Part shown: in pieces, positions 23,480-35,200 of the stretch
How the letters are laid out: the number at the start of each line of letters is the position of its first letter
Numbering within the stretch: position 1 is the first letter of the stretch
NCBI GenBank assembly: GCA_000708835.1
Contig: DF237207.1
Location: 55,965 to 119,964 of the forward strand
DNA: 64,000 bases
Source: Klebsormidium nitens
Taxonomy: Eukaryota > Plantae > Klebsormidiophyceae
Direction of reading: 5' to 3'
Notes under the pieces: model-generated
Databases searched by the model: none
What the model was told of the DNA's origin: nothing
What the model saw: only the letters and a program-made list of their open reading frames with translations
Program-made: the position numbers and the translations under genes

Positions 23480-25842
23480 TGGGGTGCGGATATCGAATCC
23501 GCACGTACTTCTTATTGGCCATCCCAAAAGGTTGCGGATTTCCCGCGCATCTCTTTCTTAGCAGCGCCAAACGGGTGCAGCTCTCCTACACCCCTTTTCT
23601 GGCTATCTTAAAAGGGGTGCGGATATTTCTTGGCACGCATTTTCAGGGCAATCTTACAAAGAGGGTGCAGATTGTTCAGCACGGGCACTCTCAAGAGCGT
23701 CAAACGAGTGCAGCCGCTGGTGCACCACTTTTCCGGCCATCTTGAAAGGGGTGCGGATTTTTCCGCACGCTTTTCCTGGCGGTCTTGAAAGGTGTGCGGA
23801 TTTTTCCGCACCCCTTCTGGTGATCTTGAAAGGTGTGCGAATTCTCCCGCCCGCACGCCTTTTTCAGCGTGCCAAATGGGTGCAGCTTCTTGCACCACTG
23901 TTCCGGCCATCTTGAAAGGTGTGCGGGTTTTTCCGCACACAATTTTGAGTGGCGCCAAAGGGGTGCAGCTTTCTTGCACCCCTTTTCTGGCCGAAGTTGA
24001 AAGGTGTGCGAAACTTTCCGCACGCCATTTTTCGCAAGGTGTGCGGATTTTCCCGCACTCCTTTTATGGTGGTCTTGAAAGGTGTGCGGATTTTCCACAT
24101 CCAATTTTCAGTGGCGTCAAATGGGCGCAGTTGTCTTGCACCCTTTTTTCCGGCGATCTTGAAAGGTGTGCGGATTCTCTCGCACGCCTTTTTCAGCGGC
24201 GCCAAAGGGGTGGCGGCTTTCCCGCACCCGTTTCTGGCGGTCTTGAAAGGTGTCCGGATTTTCCCGCACGCAATTTGGAGTGCCGCCAAAGGGGTGCAGC
24301 TGTCTTGCACCCCTTTTCCGGTGGTCGTGGACGATGTGCAGATTTTCTCGCACACCTTTGTGGGCGATCTGAAAGGTAAGTGGATTTTCCCGCACCCCTT
24401 TTCTGGCAATTTTAAAAGGTGTGCGAATTCTCTCGCACGCCTTTTTCAGCGGCGCAAAAAGGCTGCAGCTTTCCCGCACCCGTTTTCTGGCAATCGAGAA
24501 AGGTCACGGTGCGGATTCTCCCGCACGCCTTTTTTAGCGGCGCCAAAGGGGTGCAGCTTTCTTGCACCCCTTTTCAGGCGGTCTTGAAAGCTTTGCGGAT
24601 TTTTCTGCACGCAATTTTGAGTGGCGCCAAAGGGATGCAGCTTTCCTTAAATACTTCTCTGGCAGTCGGGAAAGGTGTGCGGTTTCTCCCGCACGCCTTT
24701 GTCAGCGGCATCAAAGGGGTGCTGCACCCGTTTTCGAGTTTTCAGGCGGTCTTGAAAGGTGTGCGGAATTTTCTGCAAGCAATTTTGAGTGGCGCCAAAG
24801 GGATGCAGCTTTCCCCAAATTCTTCTCTGGCAGTCGGGAAAGGTGTGCGGTTCAATCCTGCACGCCTTTCTCAGCGGCGTCAAACTTGGTGCAGATTTCC
24901 CGCACCCGTTTTCGAGGTTTCTGGCGGTCTTGAAAGGTGTGCGGATTCTCCCGCACGCCTTTTTCAGCGGCGCCAAAGGGGTGCAGATTTCCCGTTTTCT
25001 CGTGGTCTTGAAAGGTGTGCGGATTCTCCTGCACGCCTTTTCCAGCGGCCCCAAAGGGGTGCGGCTTTCTTGCACCCCTTTTCTGGCGGTCTCGAAAGGT
25101 GTGCGGATTTTCCCGCGCACCTGTTTTCTGGCGGTCTGAAAGGTGTGCGGATTTTTTTGCACGCATTTTTTAGCAATCTGAAAGGGGTGCAGATTTCTTG
25201 CACCTTTTTCTAGCGATCTTGAAAAGTGTGAGGAGTTTCCCGCATGCCTTTCGTAGCGGCGCCAAAGGGTTGCAGCTTTCCCCCAATTCGTTTTTGGCAT
25301 TTGATTCTCCCGCATGCCTTTTTCAGTGGCGTTAAAGGGGTGCAGCTTTCCTGCCATCCTTTTCTGGCGGTCTTGAAAGGTGTGCGGATTTTTCTGCACG
25401 CAATTTTGAGTGGCGCCAAAGGGGTGCAGCTTTCCCACAATTCTTTTCTGGCAGTCCGGAAAGGAGTGCGAATTCTCCCGCACGCCATTTTCAACGGCGC
25501 CAAAACCGGGGTGCAGATTTCCCGCGCAACAATTTTTTGGCGGTCTTGAAAGGTGTGCCGATTATCCCGCGCGCCTTTTCAGCGGCGCTAAAGGGGTGCA
25601 GCTTTCTTGCACCCCTTTTCTCGCCATCTTGAAACGTGTGTGGGTTTTTCCGCACACAATTTTGAGTGGCGCCAAAAGGGTGCAGCTTTCTTGCACCCCT
25701 TTTCTGGCCGAAGTTGAAAGGTGTGCGAAACTTTCCGCACGCCATTTTTCGCAATCATAAAGGTGTGCGGATTTTCCCGCACTCCTTTTACGGTGGTCTT
25801 GAAAGGTGTGCGGATTTTCCACATCCAGTTTTCAGTGGCTCA
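23480..25842. repeat. Tandem array of ~42-bp palindromic (hairpin) units of two alternating types, roughly 55 units
   Basis: Type 1 is AAAGGTGTGCGG-attttc-CCGCACGCCTTT and type 2 is AAAGGGGTGCAG-ctttc-TTGCACCCCTTT, joined by the linkers CAGCGGCGCC/GAGTGGCGCC and CTGGCGGTCTTG. The period is about 42 bp (units at ~23745, 23788, 23829, 23875, 23915, 23957, 24000, 24036, 24078). The unit count is estimated from length divided by period. Confidence 0.92.
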
Positions 25843-26682
25843 AGCTTTTTACATGGACGTCCGCCATCAGGCGTTGACGCATGCGCACTGGGCATCAAAT
25901 GTTGCTTCCGAAAAGGCATTTGAAGGACGCTCGTCCTTTTTCAATTGGCGGCCCGGGAAGGCGGGGGGCGTGCGCGCGGGGCGGACCACGTGAAGTAAAT
26001 TTAACTGACAATGAATATATGACTGTCCCGTCACGTGCAATCCGACCGGTCTGAAACTACTCTAAGAGCCACCGTCCTGACAAAGAACTCGATTTGGAGA
26101 GCCGGTTACTGATCGAATGTCGAGCTAGGCAAGGGGCCTCGAGGATCCTTTGCATGACGTCCCGGATAGATAGGCTCAAAACCTATAGCCGGCTGCATGT
26201 CAGCTGGCATCATGCGCTAATGGCCACAATCAGTCTACCATGCATTACGTGCGCATGTATGCTTCACCTATATGGCGGGGGCCGCCCCATATAAAGGTCA
26301 AAGCTGCGAATCGGTGAGTTGTAGTATGCGGTCCTTTACATCAAATCAACGCATGCATAATCCAAGCATTGGTATACATGTGTGTCCAAGGAAATAGGGC
26401 TAAGTTCCATTTGCAGCCGGATTGATGTCGTTCCTTACCGTGGACGGATGCCATATGCGGCACCGCCAGACGGTTCGTAGGGGATCTGTCAGAGAGATGC
26501 TAGGTCGTTGCTTTGCGGGGGGCCAGCGACTAACGTGAATAATGAAACCACCGCGGGCCATGGTGCCGTGATAAGCTGATGTAATGAGCAACGGTTGCCC
26601 TATTACCGCCACGCGCGCATGTTCTGCAGGCACCGTCGCTGACTCGCAATCAGTCTCACCAATTGCACCAATTGGATCAGAA

Positions 26683-29600
26683 TTATGGCGGCGGCCTTTC
26701 AATGCTGTGTCCTTTCAGGGTTTCGCTCGCTTTCGCTTCAGCCAAGCGTTGCCGCGCGCGCTCTATCAGGGCGAAAGCGGACCTTTGCTTGGGTGGCTTC
26801 GTGGGGCTGAGGGACCGCGGGATGGCGTACCCAGAAGCAGCCAGAGGCTTGACGCGCCTGCACATGGAGTCGACAATGTCTGTTTTTGGAATATAACTTG
26901 AAATGAGGCGCTTGGGCACAAAACCGCACTTGAGCGTGAATCACATCAAACGGATCAGCGGCGCTTCGCCAACGCAAATGTACATTGGGAAAGGATTTGA
27001 CAGTCCTTTCAAACGGATGCACGCTGCTCACCTCTTGTGCAGCATGCTGCTCGTCCGGATTTTGACCTGCCCCGCAGGTTGCGTCCGGAAGCCGTACTTC
27101 GACAATACGGGCCCCGCCCAATCGACGGGTTGCCGGACGTACGTGACGTCGCGCAATTGCGGCCCCCCGCCCACGAAGAAGCTGTGCAACTGCTGCCGCA
27201 CGGACCCCACGGGACGCCACGTGTCCACAACGTGCTCGCGCGTACCTGGGTATGATGGAATAAACATTTTCCCGCACTTCAGACAGCGAATTGTCTGCGG
27301 AGAAAGGGGAACGTTCAAGGCAAGTAACTATGATCTCAAACTAACGCAGTCCTGTGTGCAGAGGACTTTCGTCCGTCGATTTGCGCAGTTGATAATAGCA
27401 AACAGGTTCCCAAGCATCTCAGATGAAAGATACTCAACCGACCTCTTCATTTTGCAGCCCGTTATCCTTTCAGCATGCCAGTTGTCGAAGACGAGCAGGC
27501 TCTATCTGAAGACCCGGAACAAGCATGCCGTGTTGACCTGGTCGCCCCGGGCTAACCTGGGCAGTGGCCCGCGAGCGCGAGGTAGCCGTAGCCCTCAGGG
27601 CGGCAGCGGTCCCAGCGGTCGTAGGACGCCACGTGGAAGTACAGGATAGGCCACGCCGCCGCGGGCTCCTTTTGCGCGGTGAGCTCCACCTCGAAAGGGT
27701 GCCCGAAGCACGCGAGCGACGTGGGCAGGTCGTCATCCGCAAAGTGCACGCGCCGGCCCACCGAGATCTGGGTGAAGCCGTGCAGCTGCGGCAGCCACTG
27801 CTCGCCTGGAGGCAGCAGAGACGTTGGCTGGTGAAAACAAGGTTGGGGCCGTATTTCAGGGGAAGGAAAAATGCAACAAGCAAAGTCGGACGGGAACCAA
27901 GCTTGCAACTTTCAGCGGGCAGAAGGCGACCATGGCGCTCGGAGATAAGTAGAGTGTCTGCGCGAGGGCGAGGTCACCTGAAAATCAAACTGCGGGAATG
28001 GCAGGGTCCTCCTGAAAATCCATGAAGAAGTACGGAAAGAAAAGTATTCCCCGCTAAGACGCAGACCCCTATTGAGCGCTGGGGTCCCTTTCGACAGATT
28101 GAAGTGCGAGAGGCGTCAGGCCTGCTGCGGCGCATGCCTCACCGCACTCCCACACCGTGTCGTCGTACTTGAGGTGATACTCCACAAACAGGCGGTCCCG
28201 CTGGAACGCCTTGGCGGCCACGATCTCGACGTTGAGCAGCAGCCGCACCGCGTCCGACGACGGGCCGGGGGGCGCCTCGAAGTCGCCCGCGCCCACCATG
28301 CGCCGCAGCCCAGCCGCCCTGCACAAACAAACATCCGTCGAAGACGGCCGAATCTTACATTCATTGCCTTTGCGCAGTGTTTCTGTCAGAGCGATCTCTG
28401 AAACTGAGCCCAGATGTCCAATCTATGTATCTGGGGCCTGCTCGAGCGAACCACCTTGTGGGCCGAAAGTTTCCTGATGTGGACACGCATCGTGCTTGTT
28501 CGCAGCTGTCAAACGTCTGCAAAACGATTGCTACATGGCTACGAAGTCCCCATAGAAACGGTCAGGAGCCACGTGCTTAACAACCCTGTCCAGACGGCAG
28601 CAGAAGTGGCACGAACAGGCAGAGGGTAAGTTCGTGAGTCCCAAATACTGCCTCACCGTGTAAGCAGCTCCTTTGCCAGCCTCTGTTGCCTCGCCTCCAA
28701 TGTGCTGACGTCGTTGTTAGCTGCATTCTCCAGCGTGTACTCGAAGACGCCCCCCCCAGGAGCGACAAAACGGTACGGCGTGCCTCCGCTGGTGAAGCCC
28801 GGCTGCAAAACCACAGGCTCGGAACTTGTTTCGAAAACAGATGATTGCGCAGCAAGTCCTTCTGGAGAAGGGGGAGAACACATTGGTCACAGATGAGATC
28901 CACAAGTCTTCTCACGTCAAAACCGTTCTTTTAGATCGAACGGGGTCATGCCTGCATCTAGATTGCATCGTTCGCTTACCTTGACATCGAAGCTGCCGTT
29001 TGCATACGCCTTGATGCAGCAGAGCACCCTCCCCTCTTCGCCTGGTCCTTTCCAAGCCTCGTTGCTACTGCACAAGATGATCGAAAACGCCTGAGCATAC
29101 GTTTAAGCTGATGAGACATTCCTTGTGACGATCTCCAGGACGTAGGTCGAGAAGAATATTCGAAATATCCACAATAAGATCGTGGTTGGCTATGTACAGA
29201 AAGGTAGGTCGAGGGAACTCAGGTCACAAGTAGACTGGCCTTGACAGTTGCTGCATCTTTCCAACTCTTCCCAGCATCGAGGGCAAGTCCTTTGAGGAGA
29301 GGACAGCATTATGTTCGTGTACCTATATTGGGGCGATATCCCATCAAGTAACACTGTTTGAAGCTCACCGCGCAGGACTCTTCGACTAGTGGCTGCTGCC
29401 TCACCTTTGTTCGTTGGCGTTGACTAGTATGTACATGGCCTGGTACTTGAACTCCCTTTTCGATTTCCTGCCAAACACCGACTCCACCAGGTGGCTGCTA
29501 CCCTCTGATGCGGACGTCGTCACCGAGCTTTCTCGTTCCTGGACAACCAAAGTAGGTCAGCCTTCACAACGGACCCTCGACTATAAAGCTCGCCGGACGT

Positions 29601-30545
29601 AAGCACCTGCTCATCGTTTGGTATGAGAAGTGCTGACTTGGAAACATGTGTTGACTAATCACTGCACGACCCTTCCTCAGCTACAATGGATCGATCTTGC
29701 TTTTGGCCTTTCACAAGCCGCACCATTTGTCCATTAAATGAATTGCGTCAAATGATTTTCAAGGAAGGGCAGACCTTCTGTTGCTTTCCTTGAATTTCCC
29801 GCGCTTCCTCACCGCAGGCTTCATTTGTTCACTTTAGAGCTTTTCATCCAAAAAACGTGCCACGCCCAGATTGGGCATCGTACGAAGATTCATTGTTCGA
29901 GTCAATTTGTAACCTCCATCGTAATGAAAACTCACCATGTCTTCCACAAAGCGGTCCGCATGGACGTACGTAAATAGCGGGGAACCACTGGTGCCTTCCG
30001 TATTTATAGCCGTTTTGTATCTACTCTCCAGGGCTGACAATGAGGCAGGGTCCGTTGCAAGCAGGTGCCGGACCTCCCTGGACAGGAGCCGAATCAAGGA
30101 GTGGATAACCTGTGATGCAATCATTGTGATCACTACAGAGCGATACACACATACCAATCAAATCAGAGATTATTACGAGAGTGCAAGTGACTACAGAGTT
30201 GAAAGTCTCATCAGCAGAAAAAGAAACCTTGGCCATCCAAATCTTGAAGAGTTGCCCTCACCCGCTGCCAAAAACTTTCTCCTGCCAGTCAAAGGTGCGG
30301 GTGAGTGTCTGCCACATGGCACCATGGCTACCGCGGTCTGGAACGTCGGCCTTTGGGCTGGCGGGGGCTTCTCCAGCTGAAGGAGGAAGCGGCAGTTCTG
30401 CAGCCTCCGCAATGGGGGCTGCTCTTGGGGACCTCTGTTCGATAGGGCCACGGATCTGCCTTGGTGCGCTGACTCTAGTTATGTTGACGCGTATTCGCAA
30501 GTTCTGTATAGGATCCGGAGATCGGTAGTGGACGGTAGTCTCCAT
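26683..30545 (-). CDS. MKS1: MKS1, B9-domain ciliary transition-zone protein (multi-exon)
   Basis: N-terminus HYRSPDPIQNLRIRV and WQEKVF. Then LFTYVHADRF, MVGAGDFEAP..VRLLLNVEIVAAKAF..LFVEY, FGHPFEV..WPILYFHVASYDRWDRCRPEGYGY, TWRPVG..QLHSFFVGGGPQLRDVTYV..LSKYGFRT and C-terminal LIERARQRLAEAK. All are collinear with the MKS1 consensus. Confidence 0.9.
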
Positions 30546-31521
30546 AATGCTGTCACGGGCTTACAAACCTGCACATCAAGAGTATCATTTTCACTCTGCT
30601 TTAGTGTTGCTTTTGTTGCATAAGTTTCCCATCTGCAATTAGAAGAAATGAGCTGACCACAATTGTGGTTCTTTCCGTTTATTATATTCTTGGGTCTCAC
30701 TCAGGTTTTGGGCCACATTACATAAGTATCCTGCACAGAAGTTGTCTCATCAACCGTCATGAAGTGTAAGTGCTCATGTAACAAGCTTTCAAGGTAAGTT
30801 TTTTACAACCCAATCTGCTCAACATTCGTCTGTTCAAATAGCAGCTCAGCCAGACGCAATCAAGAAAGGCTTTCTTGAATCAGTTCCCGAATCATCTCTC
30901 CTGGGACTCTTGAGCTGAGGTAGGCTTGAATCATAATGCCCTGCGCTTTTCGAACACTCACCTGGGTTTCACACGCATGTGCTGCAAGTCCTTCCAGCAG
31001 ACCAGATGATTCTTTATCCCGCCGTAGATTTGTACCATCACGCTGGACCAAGGCTTGGCTCTTCCCCTGCCACTAGGCGCTTTCACCAGGCAAAACCACT
31101 GTATCCAATGACCCTTTGCCCTTTTTGGAACTGAGTGTCAAAGCTTTTCTCCCGAGCTGATTCACACCTAGATTGATATTTGGCATGCGAAGACACAATC
31201 TGCTTTCGGTGCCAAGACATCATTTGGTTGTTGGTCGATCCACGGCCACCAACTGCAAACACAAGATCTTAGTATGGTATTTGACACGGCACCCGATACA
31301 AGCATTTTAACAAAGTGCTGCCTGTGAGCTTTTTCATAAAGTATGGAGCTTCATTTTCTACGTTGCGAAGGAAGGTATTCCTTCCAGCTCCTCTCTCACA
31401 GTAGCTTTCGGGGGCGCTAGTACTAGGCGCCAGGCCCAAAGTTGGTCATCTGCGCTTGTCTGTGCCCTGAGCTGTTGCCCTGTCTATAGCGCCAAATCAT
31501 ATAATGCATGCGCGCCCCTTC

Positions 31522-31530
31522 AAACCCTAA
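31522..31530 (+). promoter_or_regulatory. Telo-box (AAACCCTAA) in the divergent intergenic region between MKS1 and the RING gene
   Basis: Exact match to the plant telo-box motif. It is a single copy, so it could be chance. Confidence 0.3.
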
Positions 31531-32275
31531 TCTCAAGCGTATTCACACTGGTCAGGATTTGGCGCTTACAGTGGCTACTTCTACCACCCACAAAATCAGG
31601 GCGCAGCTATCCTGCTGCTCCGACTCAGTCCTACTGGCGCTTATGATCCTGAGATGAGGCGCTCAGGAATCAGCAAAGGGCTTGAGAGAGGCGCGTGCCA
31701 AGGGTTTATTCAGATTGTGAGCTGACAGCAGCAGCAGCGGGGCAGCAGCGCTTGAGGAAATTCTGCGCAACATTGTAACCTACCTGGTTGCTGGTGCTCG
31801 ATCCACATAAGTAAGTATTATGCGTTTGGCATCGCCGCACAAAGCAGACGGCAACACTCACTTAAAGAGGAGCTCTGTTGCTCCCGAAGCCAACATGACT
31901 TTTGCTTTTGTTGGTTCAGGTTTGCCGATGTGGACTGGATCAGATACCTAATGCATGCCAGTTTGAGTGGTTGTTATTGTTGATTGGGGTCCGAAACCTT
32001 CTATGTATAAGCTCTGAGCCAGAAAGCAGATGCAAGGGCCATTCTGCAAACGATCTTCATATCTGAGGCAAAGCACCAAGTTGGAGTCTAAGGCGGACGG
32101 CATTGCTCAGTGTCTTGCTCAATAGTGAGACTCATAGTGGCACCGCAAATTAATGTTCCAAAGCCTGAGGGTTGCAAATCTCTGCTACTCAAAAATACCT
32201 GGAGAGCTCACTGCAACCTTTGCCTCTCCAAAGTTGCAGTTCTCAACCAGCTTTCTACTGCAGGCTCTTGGGGGC

Positions 32276-35200
32276 ATGGATTCCTTCACTAGGTTTTGCA
32301 ACTATGTAGGCTCGGGTTCGGAGCCAAGTTCAGGTATTGCCAGAATAACGCGCTCTGGCGAGGAACCAGCTAATCATGGCCCGCTCATACGACAAGGCCC
32401 ACCACTGGCAGAGCGCATCCTGCTGATTGATAATGTGAAGCTTGAGTCGATAAGGTAAGAGGAAAGGCACAGAGCGGCAGGATGACTAGATTGGGCCCTC
32501 AGTCTTTCTAAATACGACGGCTTGATTCTTCCAGCGCAAGAATACAGGAGATCGTCGCTGACTTGGATCAGACTTGGATCAGATCGTAGGGAGCAGCGAA
32601 ACATTGCTATGATGATGCAGAGTACCTTGAAGTCAGGGTCTTGAAGTTGTTGTAAAGTTTCAGCCCCGAGGCCCTTACAAGTGACACGATGGTTATGTCT
32701 TCTGCAGCTGTGAGCTCTGCCACCAGATCTTTGAGGAGCCAACTGTTGCGGGAATGTGTGGCCATTGCTTTTGTAAGCCCTGCCTCGTCATCTACAAGAG
32801 CACGAAAAGCAGCCAGGGGTGTCCAACATGCGGAGCCAAGATATCCAAGTCGAGTGGGCTTCCAAATCGCAGCTTGTCAACAATCATCGACAGCCAGCGA
32901 AGGTTCTGTGTCAGCAGATACATCTATGACTGCTCCAGCAAGAAGTATGTGGAGGTAAGAAACCTCAAGTCTCAAGAGCAGAACTTCCGTAACTTTTTAT
33001 CCCAAGTCAGAGGTCCCATTTCACCCGTCAGTTCGCTTTTACTACTACTCCTACCAGCTCTTAGAAAATCGCAGAGTCCGTGCTGGACGTTGACTGCTGA
33101 CATTGCACGCTTTTGATACTTAAGGCACTCTTTGTTGTCTTTTCCTGGTTTCTCTGCTTTGTATTGAGGGCAAAAAGACTTGCTAACCATCAATCAAGCT
33201 TAAGAGTATCTGTTGTGCTCCAAGGGTGGATCAGAGGATGCACAATGCATAACTGTCTAAGTTGTCGATCAGTAGAGCAGGTATTAGCCGGCTTTTTTCG
33301 TTCAATCTGGTTCTCAAGGTGTGCACGGCATGTCTGGAGTTCATCTGGCGACAAGGACCCGCAGCTAGCAAAATACTACTTCTGTCACAAGTGTTTGTCA
33401 GTAGAGGTTGTGAGGGACTAAAGTGGAGAGCTCTTTTGTTTCCATAATTCTCAATCTCATCAACAGTCTGGCTGGCACTGAGAGTCTCGTGTCCTTTACT
33501 CTTGCAGCTGCAGGACGGGTGTATGTTCGTTGGTTCGTCTGACCAATTGGTGGAGCACGAGGTGGCGTGTCCCATGATGCCGGTGGAGTGCCCTCAGCGC
33601 AGCTGCAAGCGCCTTGTCTTGAGGAAGGACCTCGAGGAGCACCGCAAGGCGCAGTGCTGGCTCCAGTGCGAACAGTGCGGGCTCGACATCCAGATAGGTC
33701 TCCAGGAGAAGCATCTCAAGGTACCGTTCGTAATCTGGTGGCTGCAGATGCCAGACCGCTCTGCTGTTACTTTAGTATCAGCCCTGCATTCCAATGCTTC
33801 TTTATCCAAACCGATACGATAGGAGCGGGTTCATCCAGCAGCTACTGAGAGCGAAGCGGGTCGAAAACTGCTCTTCTTGCCGAATCTGTGTCGCGCAGCT
33901 GAGAGTCACCCATGTTGGCCTTTTCCATTGACAGCTGTATCGAGTTCTATCCTAGTCCCTCTTATATCCTGCAGGGACTGGAACAAGTTGCTCCATCAGC
34001 AATCTGTTCTGTGCAACCAGCCTGGACCTTGTTGGGCCATCTGTGCTATGTCAGTCGTTCCGTAACTTTCTGACCCGGTTTTTCGCTGCTAACAGGACGA
34101 GTGCCCGGAGACGAAATTTGGCTGTCCAAGGAGCGATATCGGGTGCCACATCGTCCTCAAGCGAAGAGCCCAGGGGAAGCACTTGGAGTCATGCCCGTAC
34201 GAGCGGTATCGAATGGACATCGAAGCGCTGCGGCAAAGCCTGAGAGACAAGGAGGAAGAGGTCAGTGCCTGCCTCCCATATCGCTCTTACATCCTTTGTA
34301 CCCGGGCGCATTCCAGGGCTCTATTCATACTCCGCTCGGTAAGGGGTCCTTTCTACTGTCTGTCCAAGGAAAGGGCGGCTCATTGAACCTATCATCTAGC
34401 GGTGATGCTCTTACTTCTCGTGCCTGCGATTTCTATTATGATTCAAGAGGGAGCTTGCCACAGAACCTGCCGACAATCCTCACTGCGTTTTGACTTCCTA
34501 AGGGGATGATTTTGGATTTGACAATCCGACTTTTTGACTGAGTGACAGTAGTAAGGTCTGGTACTTTACGCTTTCCAGGACGCGCCTTCGGTGTCAGTCT
34601 CGGTAGACTGGAGATTATTGGTGATCATGTCAGAAACAGTAGCTCCTCCCGGTTTCAACAGCACTCATAGTTTGTGGCACCCAGGAAGCACGGTCTAATC
34701 GAGGCCGTCCAGCAAAGTCTTTGCGGAAAGTTAGTAGGGCCGCAACGGCGCCTGCAATCGTATTGTCGACGGTAGAACCTGAGGATTGCCAACGAACCAG
34801 TCGTTTTGGGGTCAAGGCTTGCTTAGTTGAATGTGAAGGTCTTCGTGGTCTTTTTCCTTTTTAAGGTGGTCAAAGAGGGCTCATCCTCCTCCTTTTGGTG
34901 CTTGCAGATTGCTCGGCTTCGGGGCAAGACGGAACCCACCGGAGGCGATCGGAAACGGGAGCTCAATGGTGTCTCTTCGGATGAAGAGACTCCCTCAAAA
35001 AGGGCGAAGACGAGGGAAGTCCAGGTATGGAAATTTACGGAGCAGCACGAGCACGTGGCCGTCTCGCCAGACAACGGAGAGCAGCCAGGGGACGTGCGAA
35101 AGCTTCTGACGCATATGGTAGGGTCGGTGGAGGGAGTGCTGCTATCAGGGATGAATAAGATCACGGCCCGTATTCACAAATGCGAGGCGAAAGTGACGGA

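Noticed and set aside
23480-25842. CRISPR array interpretation of the palindromic repeat array
   Set aside because: The sequences between the palindromes are short conserved linkers rather than unique 25-45-bp spacers. There are no cas genes and the context is eukaryotic.
23608-25993. Many overlapping ORFs across the repeat array (e.g. 24419-25213, 24647-25483)
   Set aside because: They are by-products of a stop-poor repeat that is open on both strands and in several frames, with no codon bias or splice support.
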